Shown here in pieces: positions 40,305 through 51,844 of a DNA stretch of 64,000 nucleotides; the stretch's first letter is position 1, and the number at the start of each line of letters is the position of its first letter. Below the pieces are notes generated by a model that searched no databases, was not told where the DNA came from, and saw only the letters and a list, made by a program, of their open reading frames with translations. A program made the translations under genes and the position numbers. The stretch lies in assembly GCA_965216565.1 (NCBI GenBank), contig OZ244170.1, forward strand, positions 4,288,001-4,352,000. The letters are read 5' to 3'. This DNA is from Bythopirellula sp. GTDB lineage: Bacteria; Planctomycetota; Planctomycetia; Pirellulales; Lacipirellulaceae.

Positions 40305-42428
40305 CTACAGGCTGCGCTCGATGAACCCGAAGTCTAGCGAGAGAACGAACAGCATCAGTGACACGATGCAGACGAAGCCAACGGTGTGCAGGGCGACCAC
40401 GAAACGTTCATTCGCAGGTCGACCACGCAAACCCTCGTAGGCCAGAAACACCATGTGCCCGCCATCCAGCAAAGGAATCGGCAAGAAGTTGATGACTGCC
40501 AGGTTTGCACTCAGCATCGTGAGGAACACCAGCAGTTTGCCGACCCCCTCGAAAGCCGAGTAACCGGCCGCTTGGGCAATCGTCACCGGACCACCTAGCG
40601 AGGTGGCTGGGACCTGGCCCGTGATAAGTTTGTTCAGGAATCGGTACACCAGAGTCAACGAACGTACCGTTTCGTTCCAGCCCAACTCTACTTGTTCTCG
40701 GAACGAATTTGCGATGCGAATCTCTTGCGTCGGTTCCAAGTTGAACCCGCGATCTGCCAGGAATTGTCCAGCGATTGGCTCGGGTTCCAGCGTGACCTCT
40801 TCGACCTTGTCACCGCGCTGGTAGGTGAGTTTCACTTTGGCACCCACATAGTTCTGCATGCCGAGGATAAAAGACGGCCAGTTTTGCTTGTCTTTCTCTG
40901 TGAAGTCGATTTCCTTCGTGCTCTTGTCATTCGACTCACTCTTGGGCAAGATGAATTCCGCTTTGGTGATGACGTCACTATTCTGCAACCCTGCTTTGGC
41001 TGCCGGGCTGTCGGGCACAACTTCGTCCACCCGGTTTAGAACATGCATGGCGATGCCCATTGCGGGTATTGAGAGCGGTTCGCCTTCGACCGGTACTGAA
41101 GATTCCACCCAGTCGACTTTACGGAGGGGCAAATCAATTTCCTCGTCGGGACTTTGCTCGTCACTTCCAGATGACGAGTGACGGACTTTCAAACGCACAG
41201 CACGGTTTTCTTCCGCAAGTTGAGCGAGTTGATAGGGCAAGGAGATCGGGTCGTCCAAAACCCCATTGGGTGCAATTTCCTCGTCTGCCGATTGATCGGC
41301 AAAGGAGATGTCGTCGATGAAATCGCCCGGCGTAATTCCCTTTTCCTCCGCTTCGGATCCACTTTCGACCGCTGCCACCTTTCCCTTTTCCATTATCAGC
41401 CCCAGTCGCAGCATCGGGCGGGGTGCGACCTCGATGGTCACTTCCTCACCACCTTCAGTCGGGCCAAAGGGATTGTTCTCGGGCGGAGTGCCCCCACGAC
41501 GGACCGTGATGTTGACTGGCTGATCGGCCTTGGCGAGCATCAGCGAACTAAACTGGCGGTAGTCGTCGACCTTGGTGCCGTCGACCGCAATGATTTCGTC
41601 TTTAGGCTCAAACTTTTTCTCGGCACTAGCGGCTGGGGAATCGGGCAGAACTGGCTCAAACCGGCTCATGCGTAACGACTTGGGCAGGAACATTCCCACC
41701 TTGGCCATGCCGGAGCCCTGCTTCGGTTTCATGTTCAGCCGCTCGACCTCGCCCGTATCCGCCCGGCGGACAACAAAGGGAATCCCATTTTCCAAGTCGC
41801 CGAGAGTCACGCCCCCCTTGAGCTCGGTGAAGGAGGGATTCTCGATATCACCAATTTGAATGATCTCGTCGCCGGTGCGCAGTCCTGCTTCCCAACTTGC
41901 AGAGCCCACGGTAGTGTGCGACACCACGCTCGGGATGTAAGGGACACCTATGCCGAAGGCGATCACCGCAAAGATCACCGCAAAGATGATGTTCATGATG
42001 ACGCCGGCAGAGATAATGGCCATTCGCTGCGGAACGCTCTTTGCCAGGTAGCTTCGTTTGTCTACCAGATAGGTCTTGCCGTCGGGCCCCGTGATTTCTT
42101 TGGATTCGATCTCACCCCCGCCACTGACTTCCGATTCGCGCACCTGTTCGGCGATGTTCGCCGGGTTGTCGTCCTGCCCGAGCATCTTTACGTAGCCACC
42201 GAGGGGCAGAATGCCAATGCCGTACTCCGTCTCGCCCCATTTGCGACTGATCTTGTAGCCACCGATGTCGAAGCCAACGAAGAATTTTTCGCATTTCACG
42301 CCGCACATCTTAGCGACGGCAAAATGCCCCAGTTCATGGACGAAGATCACCGTCCCCAAACCTAGCGCCACTTGCAAAATGACAAGCAACCAGTCGCCCA
42401 TTTGTGCGGGATCCAACGATCCGATCAT
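40305..42428 (-). CDS. rseP: RseP-like site-2 metalloprotease with several PDZ domains
   Basis: HELGH, PLGGYVKM, AGVIMN, NFLPIPLLDGGH; start overlaps the dxr stop (ATGA). Confidence 0.93.
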   Translation of the reverse strand: MIGSLDPAQMGDWLLVILQVALGLGTVIFVHELGHFAVAKMCGVKCEKFFVGFDIGGYKISRKWGETEYGIGILPLGGYVKMLGQDDNPANIAEQVRESEVSGGGEIESKEITGPDGKTYLVDKRSYLAKSVPQRMAIISAGVIMNIIFAVIFAVIAFGIGVPYIPSVVSHTTVGSASWEAGLRTGDEIIQIGDIENPSFTELKGGVTLGDLENGIPFVVRRADTGEVERLNMKPKQGSGMAKVGMFLPKSLRMSRFEPVLPDSPAASAEKKFEPKDEIIAVDGTKVDDYRQFSSLMLAKADQPVNITVRRGGTPPENNPFGPTEGGEEVTIEVAPRPMLRLGLIMEKGKVAAVESGSEAEEKGITPGDFIDDISFADQSADEEIAPNGVLDDPISLPYQLAQLAEENRAVRLKVRHSSSGSDEQSPDEEIDLPLRKVDWVESSVPVEGEPLSIPAMGIAMHVLNRVDEVVPDSPAAKAGLQNSDVITKAEFILPKSESNDKSTKEIDFTEKDKQNWPSFILGMQNYVGAKVKLTYQRGDKVEEVTLEPEPIAGQFLADRGFNLEPTQEIRIANSFREQVELGWNETVRSLTLVYRFLNKLITGQVPATSLGGPVTIAQAAGYSAFEGVGKLLVFLTMLSANLAVINFLPIPLLDGGHMVFLAYEGLRGRPANERFVVALHTVGFVCIVSLMLFVLSLDFGFIERSL

Positions 42429-43588
42429 GCATATACCCAACGTGAAACCTCCTCGCGCGCCCAACTGTCGAGTTCGATCAACTGAGCAAGTGTGGGATTC
42501 GCCTCAAACGAGTGCGATTCCAGGATGCTCCGGCAAGCCGGAACTATTTCTGTAAAGTGTAGCTCACCATCTAAGAATGCCTCAACGGCAGCTTCGTTGG
42601 CAGCGTTCAGCACGGCCCCGGCGCTGCCACCACGGCGGGCACACTCCAGGCCCAATTCCAAGGCAGCAAGCTGACGCTCACTGGGGGGGTACAACTCTAG
42701 GGTCAGGCTCCGGCTCCAATCGAGTTGGCGTGCCACACCCGGAACTCGATCAGGATAATCCAATGCGTATTGAATCGGCAGCCGCATATCGGGCGGACTC
42801 ATTTGAGCCATGATTGAACCATCGACGAATTCCACCATCGAGTGCACCACCGATTGCGGATGAATCATTACGTCGATTGCATCGGCGTCAATGCCGAACA
42901 ACCAACGGGCTTCGATGATCTCAAGACTCTTGTTCATCATCGTGGCAGAATCGATTGTGATTTTCGGCCCCATGTCCCAAACGGGATGCTCCAAGGCCTC
43001 GGCGACGGTTACTCGTTTGAGATCGTCGTCGGACATATGGCGGAAAGGCCCCCCGCTGGCCGTCAAGACCAGGCGTCGTACCTCTTCCGGCTTGCCAGAT
43101 TGCAGGGCTTGGAAAATCGCGCTGTGTTCACTGTCGACCGGCAGCAACAGGGCCCCCCGCTGTTTGGCCAATTCCGTAACCAGGGGGCCAGCCATCACCA
43201 GCGTTTCTTTATTCGCCAGGGCTACGGTTTTCTTGCTCTCCAATGCAGACCAGGTGCTTTCCAGCCCTGCCCTGCCCACGATCCCTGCCAGCACCAAGTC
43301 GATTTCGTCATGGGCAACCACATCGGACAGTTCGTCTGACCCAATCAGTAACTCACAGCCAGCGGGTAAATTGCTGAAATCGAACGAAGCGGCTGCCACC
43401 GGATCGGTTGCGATTACCCAGCGAGGGCGAAACTCGATGGCCTGATCTATAAGACGTTCCAGCTGAGAGTGGGCTGAGAGGGCAACTGCCTGCAGTCGGC
43501 CTTCGCTTGCAGAAATCACATCGAGCGCACTAGTACCGATGCTCCCCGTCGAGCCGAGAACAGCAACCTGTTTAGTGCTTGGAGCCAT
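42425..43588 (-). CDS. dxr: 1-deoxy-D-xylulose 5-phosphate reductoisomerase
   Basis: LGSTGSIG, LANKE, PVDSEH, TASGGPF, WDMGPKITIDSATMMNK, NAANE. Confidence 0.98.
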   Translation of the reverse strand: MAPSTKQVAVLGSTGSIGTSALDVISASEGRLQAVALSAHSQLERLIDQAIEFRPRWVIATDPVAAASFDFSNLPAGCELLIGSDELSDVVAHDEIDLVLAGIVGRAGLESTWSALESKKTVALANKETLVMAGPLVTELAKQRGALLLPVDSEHSAIFQALQSGKPEEVRRLVLTASGGPFRHMSDDDLKRVTVAEALEHPVWDMGPKITIDSATMMNKSLEIIEARWLFGIDADAIDVMIHPQSVVHSMVEFVDGSIMAQMSPPDMRLPIQYALDYPDRVPGVARQLDWSRSLTLELYPPSERQLAALELGLECARRGGSAGAVLNAANEAAVEAFLDGELHFTEIVPACRSILESHSFEANPTLAQLIELDSWAREEVSRWVYA

Positions 43589-44151
43589 GAGGATTAAGCC
43601 AGCAAACGCTGCACGGATGCAGCCAAATAAGGAATCAGGCCTGCGAAGTAGGCCTGAGCAATTGAGTCACCGAGAAATATACCGCGTGAAAGACCATCGT
43701 GCGGCGCACCAATCGGTCGTGAGCAACGTATGAATCGTAGGGATTGTCCCTGGCGGGTCCTGGCGCTACAACAGGAGCACGATTCAAGTCGGTAATTCTA
43801 AGGAGGGACTAGAAGAGCCACAACCCGCCCCAAGGGCTGTCAGTTGCCGTCTATTGGCTGATTTGCGAGCTCACAGCCAAGCTGGCAGCGGACCCCGGTC
43901 GCTCAGAGCCCAATGTCCACCAATCACTGCAGAAACTGCCAGGCAGGCCGATCGCAAGATCCTGAATGGCATAAGTTGAGTGAGGCTCATAACCAATGTG
44001 CCGACAATAGGCCCTGAGCGAATTGCTATCCGCTAGGAGAAGATTCTCGCAACGTTGTTTTTTCGCAAGTGCTATCTTAGTATGGACTAAGAACAAATCC
44101 GCTGAGCACAAGCAGGCTTCATCCGCAGCACACCAGGACTCGGAACCGACC

Positions 44152-46221
44152 ATGGAAAACTCCGACGATAAGAACAAAAATTCCGGCGACAAAAAACCGG
44201 CCCCCCAAGGCAGCAATTTGGTGTGGTATGTGCTTGGATTCTGCGTCCTGCTGCTTCTGCTCAGTTTGCTGCTGAATGAAAACGATCGCACCAAAATCGC
44301 TTGGTCAGATTTGCAGCAGCTAATCGTTGCCAGCAACCCGGACAATCGAGATCTTGATCCGCCCGTGGCAGACTCAATTGTCGTCGATGAACCCAAAGCA
44401 AATCCTCCCCGTAAGGTCCGCTACAGCCATCTCGATCAGATCAAGATTGGCAATTACGAAGTGACGGGAAAAGTTGACCAAGAGATCCTGGAAGAGGGCA
44501 AAGATAAATGGAGTGAGTCCAAACCCGTTTCGTTTGTCACCGCTAGGCTACCCAACGAAGACCGACTACAAAAGTTGTTGAGCGATAACAAGCTAGAGCA
44601 CACTTACGCCGACCAACCCAGCGCATTACTCGGGTATCTGCCCGTACTAATGCTCACCGGCATGTTGCTATTGTTGATGATTGTGATGCTGCGTCGCATG
44701 GGTGGAGCTGGTTCGCCAATGGCCTTCGGTCGAAGCCGCGGCAAGCTGATTGCTCAGGAAGACATCGAGGTCACCTTCGAAGATGTCGCCGGGATTGACG
44801 AAGCAGTCGACGAACTCCGCGAAGTGGTTGACTTCTTGCAGAATCCAGAACGCTACCAACGACTAGGGGGACGTATTCCCAAGGGTGTGTTGCTTATTGG
44901 CCCTCCTGGTACGGGAAAGACGTTGCTTGCCAAAGCGATTGCCGGCGAAGCGGGTGTGCCCTTCTTCAGCCTCAGCGGATCCGACTTCGTAGAAATGTTT
45001 GTCGGCGTGGGTGCCGCACGAGTCCGCGATATGTTTGGCCAAGCCGAAGGTCGTGCTCCCTGCATCATCTTCATCGACGAACTCGATGCCCTGGGCAAGA
45101 CCCGCGGCAGCGGGCAAATCGGCGGTCACGACGAACGAGAGCAAACCCTCAATGCATTGCTCGTTGAAATGGATGGTTTCGGCAGCAATAGCGGTGTGAT
45201 CGTCATGGCTGCCACCAACCGTCCCGAAACGCTCGACCCTGCCCTGCTTCGACCGGGTCGCTTCGATCGCCATGTTTTGGTTGATCGGCCTGACGTAGGG
45301 GGTCGTGAAGAAATTCTCCAAGTCCATCTGCAGAACATCCGCGTGGGCGACGACGTCAACGTCAAGCAAGTCGCAGCAATCACCAGTGGTTGCGTCGGTG
45401 CTGACTTGGCCAATATCGTCAACGAAGCCGCGCTTCTAGCCGCACGCAATGGCAAGAAAGCTGTCGGCATGGTGGAGTTCAACGAGGCCGTAGAGCGAAC
45501 CAGCGCCGGACTGGAGAAGAAGAAACGCATTATGCAGGAGGATGAAAAGCTCCGCGTAGCGTTCCACGAAAGCGGGCACGCGCTGGTGGCTTATTCGCTT
45601 CCTAATACCGACCCAGTTCATAAAGTGTCGATTATTCCTCGTGGTCTGGCCGCGTTGGGATACACGATGCAGCGTCCCGAGCAAGATCGCTTCCTCATGA
45701 CCCAAGGCGAGTTGGAAAGCCGCATCCAAGTACTCCTGGCAGGCACCGTGGCGGAAGAGATGGTGTTCGAAGACATTTCTTCGGGGGCTCAAAACGATTT
45801 GGAGCGAGCCACAGAAATTGCGCGTAGCATGGTGATGGACTTCGGCATGAGTCGATTGGGCCGAGTGAACTATCGCGAAAGCAATCGAAGCCCATTCCTG
45901 GCAGGAGGCGGTGAAGCGCCTAGAATGCAAAACCACAGTGAACGTACTGCACGGGAAATCGACGAAGAAGTGTCCCGTATAATCGAAGACGGACTGGGTA
46001 AAGTGCGCAATATTCTTTCCCAACGTCGAGCAGCACTCGATGCCACTTCGCACGAATTGATGGAGCAAGAAGTCATCGACTCTGACGAATTAGCTCGCAT
46101 CATCGAGGAGAATTCTCCAAGTCCCATGATCGTGCCTGGCACTGATGGCGAGCGTAAACGTTCGACAACAGCCGACGACGACGCATCATCGGAAACCTCG
46201 GCGGGTAGCGCGGGTTCGTAA
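44152..46221 (+). CDS. ftsH: ATP-dependent zinc metalloprotease FtsH
   Basis: Two TM helices, [38 protein letters not shown]. Confidence 0.97.
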   Translation: MENSDDKNKNSGDKKPAPQGSNLVWYVLGFCVLLLLLSLLLNENDRTKIAWSDLQQLIVASNPDNRDLDPPVADSIVVDEPKANPPRKVRYSHLDQIKIGNYEVTGKVDQEILEEGKDKWSESKPVSFVTARLPNEDRLQKLLSDNKLEHTYADQPSALLGYLPVLMLTGMLLLLMIVMLRRMGGAGSPMAFGRSRGKLIAQEDIEVTFEDVAGIDEAVDELREVVDFLQNPERYQRLGGRIPKGVLLIGPPGTGKTLLAKAIAGEAGVPFFSLSGSDFVEMFVGVGAARVRDMFGQAEGRAPCIIFIDELDALGKTRGSGQIGGHDEREQTLNALLVEMDGFGSNSGVIVMAATNRPETLDPALLRPGRFDRHVLVDRPDVGGREEILQVHLQNIRVGDDVNVKQVAAITSGCVGADLANIVNEAALLAARNGKKAVGMVEFNEAVERTSAGLEKKKRIMQEDEKLRVAFHESGHALVAYSLPNTDPVHKVSIIPRGLAALGYTMQRPEQDRFLMTQGELESRIQVLLAGTVAEEMVFEDISSGAQNDLERATEIARSMVMDFGMSRLGRVNYRESNRSPFLAGGGEAPRMQNHSERTAREIDEEVSRIIEDGLGKVRNILSQRRAALDATSHELMEQEVIDSDELARIIEENSPSPMIVPGTDGERKRSTTADDDASSETSAGSAGS

Positions 46222-46243
46222 TCCTGTACAAGACGACGCGCTC

Positions 46244-46328
46244 ATAGCCCCCGGCTCCGCCGGGGGACGGCCTCTTCTTTTCGTAGTGCATTTCCTGCGA
46301 TCATCCCCCGGCAGAGCCGGGAGGCTAT
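46244..46328. repeat. REP-like inverted doublet (family C) after ftsH
   Basis: ATAGCCCCCGGCTCCGCCGGGGGA ... TCCCCCGGCAGAGCCGGGAGGCTAT. Confidence 0.8.
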
Positions 46329-46381
46329 CTACTATCGATCCGATGCTTGGCGCGAGGCGTCTCTCCAAGCAGAATGGGGGT

Positions 46382-46750
46382 ATGGCTACTTCTCTCTCTT
46401 CTCTGCCATCCACTCGACTCGGGGCTGGCCTCATCACCGGGGGGCTGTCCGTTATGATGCTCGCCCAACTCGTCGAGAGTATCCCCATTGCATCGGCAAT
46501 GGCGATTGTGGCTTGGGGTGCTATCCAGTTAGCAGATTCTCGTGACAACGGTGGACCGTTGATTGCTGTCAACGTGACCATCTATGTTGCCCTAGTGGGG
46601 TTCGCCATCGCATCGCAAACTCATTCCGCACAGAGTCAGGACGGTGGGGTTGGTCTGATGTTGCTTGCCGACCATGCGTTGGCGATTGTCCTGCTAGTCG
46701 CCTTGGTGTTACATGCCTCGAAGAGCGCTGCTTCGACAATCGAGCAGTAG
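46382..46750 (+). CDS. Small integral membrane protein (about 4 TM)
   Basis: Hydrophobic 122-aa ORF; start inferred downstream of the REP doublet. Confidence 0.65.
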   Translation: MATSLSSLPSTRLGAGLITGGLSVMMLAQLVESIPIASAMAIVAWGAIQLADSRDNGGPLIAVNVTIYVALVGFAIASQTHSAQSQDGGVGLMLLADHALAIVLLVALVLHASKSAASTIEQ

Positions 46751-46792
46751 CGGCCAGCAGAAGAAATCGGCCAATAGGGAGTGTAACCGAGT

Positions 46793-49774
46793 CTATCGCA
46801 CGACGTGAGGTAAAGATCGCCAAGCGGTGCGGCCATTCTGTTCGGGTCCCAGCGCCAAACCGATCCAGCCATCGTCGATCACCAACTGTGTGACCATCAA
46901 GCCTTTTAGCCTTGGGTCGTTAGCCAGTCCCTCTTTCATGAGAGACATCTCCTGATCTTTGCGAAGGAGTTTGCCAAACACGCTGTGCAGAACGACACGT
47001 GGACCAGTCCGCAAGTTTCGTCCCTCGAACTGCAGCGTCCCGGCACGGATAAGCCGCACGTCGAGCCCATCCAGTTTTGGTCGGTAGTAAGCATGAACTG
47101 AGAAGTTGCGTATCTTATCCCGCCCATGCGAAACTTCTCGGATATTCAGCACGAGCTCGAGGCAATCGTCCTGACAGTTTACTCGAATCGCATTGTGCGG
47201 GGCGAATTCTATCTTCGCACGCACAGGTAGATCATCGGGTGCCAAAGCCCCGGGCTTGCCTAGTCGAGTTGCGATGAAGTGGTGTAGCTCTAGCGCACTC
47301 ATTCGCTGGCCATTTAGTCCGATGCCATCGATGGCGTTGTTGAGTGCTGACTCGTGCAATTGGAAACTCGCCAAGCTATCGGATGGTGCAAGTGGCCGCA
47401 ACGAATTTGAAGCAAGCTGAAACGAATTGGCAAGCCGTGCCAGCATGACCGCTCGGTCGCTGGTCGTGTACATGTCGATAGGCTCGGCCACGAGTGCTAA
47501 CTTTTCCATCGATCCAAGGACGTTGTCGACAAACTTTTGTTGTAGGCGATGTATTTTTGGATCGGCGTCGCGGTCCATTTTAGATTTAGCTTGACGCACG
47601 ACCTTGGCCTTCACCTGTCGATGAGCGATGCCGCGCGACTTGTGGTGCTTGCGTCGAGCTACGTCACGTACCAGATGGCTCAGGATGGGGATGGGATCGA
47701 AGTTAGTGTCTATGCCCACCAACTCATTGCGTCCTCGGGCGGTGGCCCTGGTGCGTGCAATTCGCAGGCCTTGCGAATTGATAAATACAGTTTTCTGGGC
47801 TTCATAGAACATACGGGCTGAGTTGTTCACCGAAGCAGGCCAGGTATCGGAACGAGTTTTTGAAAGCACTGCCCCCTTGGCTACCAAAGCGATTTGCCAG
47901 GCTTCGTTGTTGGGGATCATCTTTGTATGCAGACTGACGGTCGTGCGCGAGCGCCCCTTAACTTTCGCACCAGCAATCTTGTCATTCACTGCTGACATAC
48001 TAGAACTCTGCTTCGGTAGCATTCGGCTCAACAGGTTGTTCGAAAGTGCCACACGCATATTTGCCGAGCGATAGTGGTCATCGAGATGTTTGGCCAGATC
48101 GCGATACTCCTCGACGGGCGACCATTGCAGCCGTTGTTTGATTTGGGCCAGTGCCGCTGCATAACGAACGTCGTGGTGCGTATCGTAACGCTCTACGATT
48201 GCTGTTAGGGTTTCGATATCCACTGGACCCAGGGCCCATGGGAGTACAGTTTCGCGTAGCTGAGCCACAGGTGGACGAGTAATGAACTCCCGTTGAGATT
48301 CTGTCAGCCGAGAGTCTGCCATTCGCGACAACACTTCTTGAGCTAATTGGCGGCGGCCTCGAGTATCGGATGCCACTCCTTCGCTCGATGCAGTAGCGAT
48401 TTGGTCTAGTAGTAAGTAGTCGCGCCAAGCTTCACCGTTTTCGTTACCCTCCAGCGAGGAAACGATTTCATTTAGCACAGGAAGAATCTCTGCATCGCGC
48501 GGCATGGGGACCTGCAATTCAGCAGGCAATAGACGTAGTTGGGGATCGAACAAGCTTGCCCAAATGTCGGTGCGGCAATCTAGGGCTTGAACCAAACGCA
48601 GCCAATGTTGGCGGAGGGCATGGTCTACCACTTGTTCCGCATTTTCTTGGCCCTGGACCACCAGTTGTTGGAGTTGCTGGACGATTCGCGGGGCTTGTTC
48701 CGTTGAGGTGTTGGTTGCTTCGGCCAACTGTTTTACCAGCGACAATGTCTCGTCAGCCCACGATGAAGCCGGCGAGTCGCCGGCAACTGACTGTAGGCGG
48801 TCTACCAGTGCCTGGGGATAGAACCGCAAGAGGGGCATCTGTGGCGGAGTTGTCTCCTTCACCGCTGCCAACTCAGGCTCAGGTTTCGCGGTCTCTGGTT
48901 CGGGTGCCGTTTCAATTGTTGGCCGAACTTCCGCATGCGATTCAACTGGTGGGTTGGCGGTTGCAGGTACTAGAGGAAGAGGCTTCTGTTCGACTACTGA
49001 TTGAATTTGTGATTCCGCAGGCTCTGACTGATCTGTCTCGGCGAGCTCTGGCAACTGCGGTGCAGGCTCCGAAACACGAGAACGGACGGGGTCAGCAGAC
49101 CGCATAGCGATTTTCACAGGATGTGTGAGCCCCAGCCTTTTCCGTTGCACGGCGTCCATCATTACATCGGCAAAATCCTCAAGCCTCCGCTGATGTATAG
49201 CTTGTGGAGGTAGTGCAACCGGTAGGGTACGGTCTGGCCGCCGATGCATCGCCAATCGGTCTTGTGGACTGCTCACTTTCACAGGGGGAGCGCTTGCCGA
49301 GCGATCCTCGTTGTCCGAGTTTTCATCTGTTTCATTCTCGGATAACTTGTTGCCGAGAACCTGCAGCGAATCGCGAATCTGCAATAGCGTGCCGAAGTTG
49401 AATTCACTGCGAGTGGGCAAACGATCGGAGCTTGGTAATTGTGCAAGCTCCAAGTCTTCAAACGCTGCCGGTATCTGCGGTTCTTCGAGCTTCGGCAGAA
49501 CCGGCCTGACAACCGGCGAATTGAACGGCGACAGAGATTCATCGGTCGATGGGTAGAGCGTGTCGTACCAACTGCGGGCACTAGCAATCTTGGTTCTGTC
49601 TTCAGGAATTGGTTCTGGTAAGGCAGAATTGAACGCAGTTTCTGGCAATTGCCAGTTGCGCGGTGCGTCGACCGCCAGGGCCAATAGCACCGTCAGAAAG
49701 GCCACCAGGGGCCAGAGCGGTTTTCGTCGCTGCCACCGCATTATTCTAGGCCTCCTGCCCCAAATCCCAAGCAT
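46793..49774 (-). CDS. Large membrane-anchored hypothetical protein (TM, Pro/Glu linker, helical region, beta-rich C-terminal domain)
   Basis: 993-aa ORF; N-terminal hydrophobic helix; LHESALNN motif in the C-terminal part. Confidence 0.75.
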   Translation of the reverse strand: MLGIWGRRPRIMRWQRRKPLWPLVAFLTVLLALAVDAPRNWQLPETAFNSALPEPIPEDRTKIASARSWYDTLYPSTDESLSPFNSPVVRPVLPKLEEPQIPAAFEDLELAQLPSSDRLPTRSEFNFGTLLQIRDSLQVLGNKLSENETDENSDNEDRSASAPPVKVSSPQDRLAMHRRPDRTLPVALPPQAIHQRRLEDFADVMMDAVQRKRLGLTHPVKIAMRSADPVRSRVSEPAPQLPELAETDQSEPAESQIQSVVEQKPLPLVPATANPPVESHAEVRPTIETAPEPETAKPEPELAAVKETTPPQMPLLRFYPQALVDRLQSVAGDSPASSWADETLSLVKQLAEATNTSTEQAPRIVQQLQQLVVQGQENAEQVVDHALRQHWLRLVQALDCRTDIWASLFDPQLRLLPAELQVPMPRDAEILPVLNEIVSSLEGNENGEAWRDYLLLDQIATASSEGVASDTRGRRQLAQEVLSRMADSRLTESQREFITRPPVAQLRETVLPWALGPVDIETLTAIVERYDTHHDVRYAAALAQIKQRLQWSPVEEYRDLAKHLDDHYRSANMRVALSNNLLSRMLPKQSSSMSAVNDKIAGAKVKGRSRTTVSLHTKMIPNNEAWQIALVAKGAVLSKTRSDTWPASVNNSARMFYEAQKTVFINSQGLRIARTRATARGRNELVGIDTNFDPIPILSHLVRDVARRKHHKSRGIAHRQVKAKVVRQAKSKMDRDADPKIHRLQQKFVDNVLGSMEKLALVAEPIDMYTTSDRAVMLARLANSFQLASNSLRPLAPSDSLASFQLHESALNNAIDGIGLNGQRMSALELHHFIATRLGKPGALAPDDLPVRAKIEFAPHNAIRVNCQDDCLELVLNIREVSHGRDKIRNFSVHAYYRPKLDGLDVRLIRAGTLQFEGRNLRTGPRVVLHSVFGKLLRKDQEMSLMKEGLANDPRLKGLMVTQLVIDDGWIGLALGPEQNGRTAWRSLPHVVR

Positions 49775-50067
49775 TTCTAAGAACGCGATTCCTTGCCGCT
49801 TGCCATCACAGACACCACCTGTGAGCCACGGATATCCAGACCCCAGGCGTCACGGAGCGAGCAGAGTCCACTCCTATTGATCGGTAATTCGAGCCAGCCG
49901 CTTGCGTAGAGATGGTCCAGGAGAGGGATTCCCTGGTAACTTTGCGAACGATTTGCCTTTGAAATCAGCCATTGGTCGACTCGCTATCGCCGAATGAGTA
50001 GACTGGCGAAACTTTGCCGACTACGGCAGGTGCTATCACGAATAACCAAGTAGGGAGCAACCTTCCT

Positions 50068-51258
50068 GTGGCCAACAAGAAATCTGGTCTGTTAACCGAT
50101 GCCCAAGCGACGCGAAAGTTGTTGCAACTACTAGCCATTCCCGGTGGCAGTGGCCAGGAAGGGATGATCGTTAGTTTTTTAAAGAAAGAACTAACCGCCG
50201 CGGGAGCCAAAGCCAGTTACTTCAAAAGCGATAACGCGCACAAGCGAATTCCATTTGGTGGCGAAGTTGGCAACTTTGCGCTCAAGCTTCCAGGCACAAA
50301 GCGCGGGCCGCGCCGGCTTCTCTCAGCCCATATGGACACTGTGCCTATCTGCGTGGGAACCAAGCCGATACGAAGCGGCGACCGTATTGATTCGGCAGCA
50401 ACAGGTTTTGGACTCGGGGGCGACGATCGTGCTGGTGTAGCGGTATTGCTGACCACCGCGCTGGCTATCTTAAAAAACCAATTGCCCCACCCCCCGCTCA
50501 CCTTCCTGTGGACTGTGCAGGAAGAGGTTGGGCTGCAGGGTGCCAGGAATCTGAAGCTCTCTATATTGGGAAAACCAAAGCTGGCATTCAATTTCGATGG
50601 CGGCACGAGTCATCGACTCACCATTGGTGCTACGGGTGGGTATCGAATGAAGATCGAGATCAACGGTATTGCCAGTCATGCCGGTGCGCATCCCGAGGAA
50701 GGTGTGAGCGCCATCGCCATTGCCGGGCTTGCGATTGCCGATCTCACAGAGAACGGCTGGCACGGATTGATCGAAAAGCAAGGTAAACTAGGCACCAGCA
50801 ACATTGGCGTGATCAAAGGCGGAGCGGCTACCAATGTGGTGTGCGATCGCATTCTAGCCCGTGCAGAAGCTCGCAGCCACGACAGAAAGTTTCGTGAGCG
50901 TATCGTCCGAGAAATCGAGAAGGCATTTGCGCGAGCTGCCAAGAAGGTTTGCAATAGGAAAGGTGATCGCGGAAAAGTTCATATCGAGGGTAACCTCGAC
51001 TACGAGGCCTTCTGTTTGTCTAAAGATAACCCCTCGGTGCGTGCCGGTGCTGAGGCAATCGAAGCCGAAGGCTGTGAAGTTGAATATGTGGTTGCCAACG
51101 GAGGGCTCGACGCGAACTGGCTCACCGAGCATGGAATTCCAACCGTATCGCTGGGCTGTGGTCAAAACAACATTCATACGGTTGATGAGTGGCTTGATCT
51201 GGTAGAATTTCATCAGGCCCGTCGAGTCGCCCTCCGTTTAGCAACTGGAGAAAACTGA
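50068..51258 (+). CDS. M20/M25/M40-family metallopeptidase (peptidase T-like)
   Basis: SAHMDTV, LGGDDRAG, VQEEVG, HAGAHPEEG, ATNVV, GGLDAN, IHTVDE. Confidence 0.92.
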   Translation: MANKKSGLLTDAQATRKLLQLLAIPGGSGQEGMIVSFLKKELTAAGAKASYFKSDNAHKRIPFGGEVGNFALKLPGTKRGPRRLLSAHMDTVPICVGTKPIRSGDRIDSAATGFGLGGDDRAGVAVLLTTALAILKNQLPHPPLTFLWTVQEEVGLQGARNLKLSILGKPKLAFNFDGGTSHRLTIGATGGYRMKIEINGIASHAGAHPEEGVSAIAIAGLAIADLTENGWHGLIEKQGKLGTSNIGVIKGGAATNVVCDRILARAEARSHDRKFRERIVREIEKAFARAAKKVCNRKGDRGKVHIEGNLDYEAFCLSKDNPSVRAGAEAIEAEGCEVEYVVANGGLDANWLTEHGIPTVSLGCGQNNIHTVDEWLDLVEFHQARRVALRLATGEN

Positions 51259-51307
51259 ATGTCAGGAGTCGCGAGATAAAGGTAAGAAATTGACGCGAGA
51301 ATAGATC

Positions 51308-51619
51308 ATGGAACCCAACGACGAACTTTGCCTCTGTTTCCACGTCACAAAACGCAAGGTGGCCAACTACATTCGTATTGAGCAACCTCGGCGTGCTGCG
51401 CAGCTCTCTGATTGTTATGGGGCAGGTACCGGTTGTGGTTGGTGTCGGCCATTTCTCGAGCGGATGTTTGAAGCTGCGCAGTCGGCTCAGTCAACTGCCG
51501 AATTGCCCTCCGCCGAAGATTATGCGAGCCAGCGAGGTGATTATGTCCGCTCGGGAGGGGGGACGCCGCCAGCAGGTGCGACGCCAATCGACCAGGATTC
51601 AGGACCGAAGGATATCTAG
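51308..51619 (+). CDS. BFD-like [2Fe-2S]-binding protein
   Basis: CLCFHV ... AGTGCGWC. Confidence 0.85.
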   Translation: MEPNDELCLCFHVTKRKVANYIRIEQPRRAAQLSDCYGAGTGCGWCRPFLERMFEAAQSAQSTAELPSAEDYASQRGDYVRSGGGTPPAGATPIDQDSGPKDI

Positions 51620-51844
51620 CCTTTTTGGTCCTCCATCGCAGAAAAAAGGATTGAGGTCTGCCAGTTTCTCGGGAATTTCGCCCTGCACAAGTCCCTGCGG
51701 TTCTTCCGCGACTTGCTGCTTGCTGAACCCCATGTTATAAGGAAATTAGAGGGAGAACGCATGAATTCGCGGTTCCCGATATTCTATTGATCGTACGGTC
51801 AGGGCAGCCAAGCGGTCATCGGCACAGAGAGGCGATTGGCGGCG

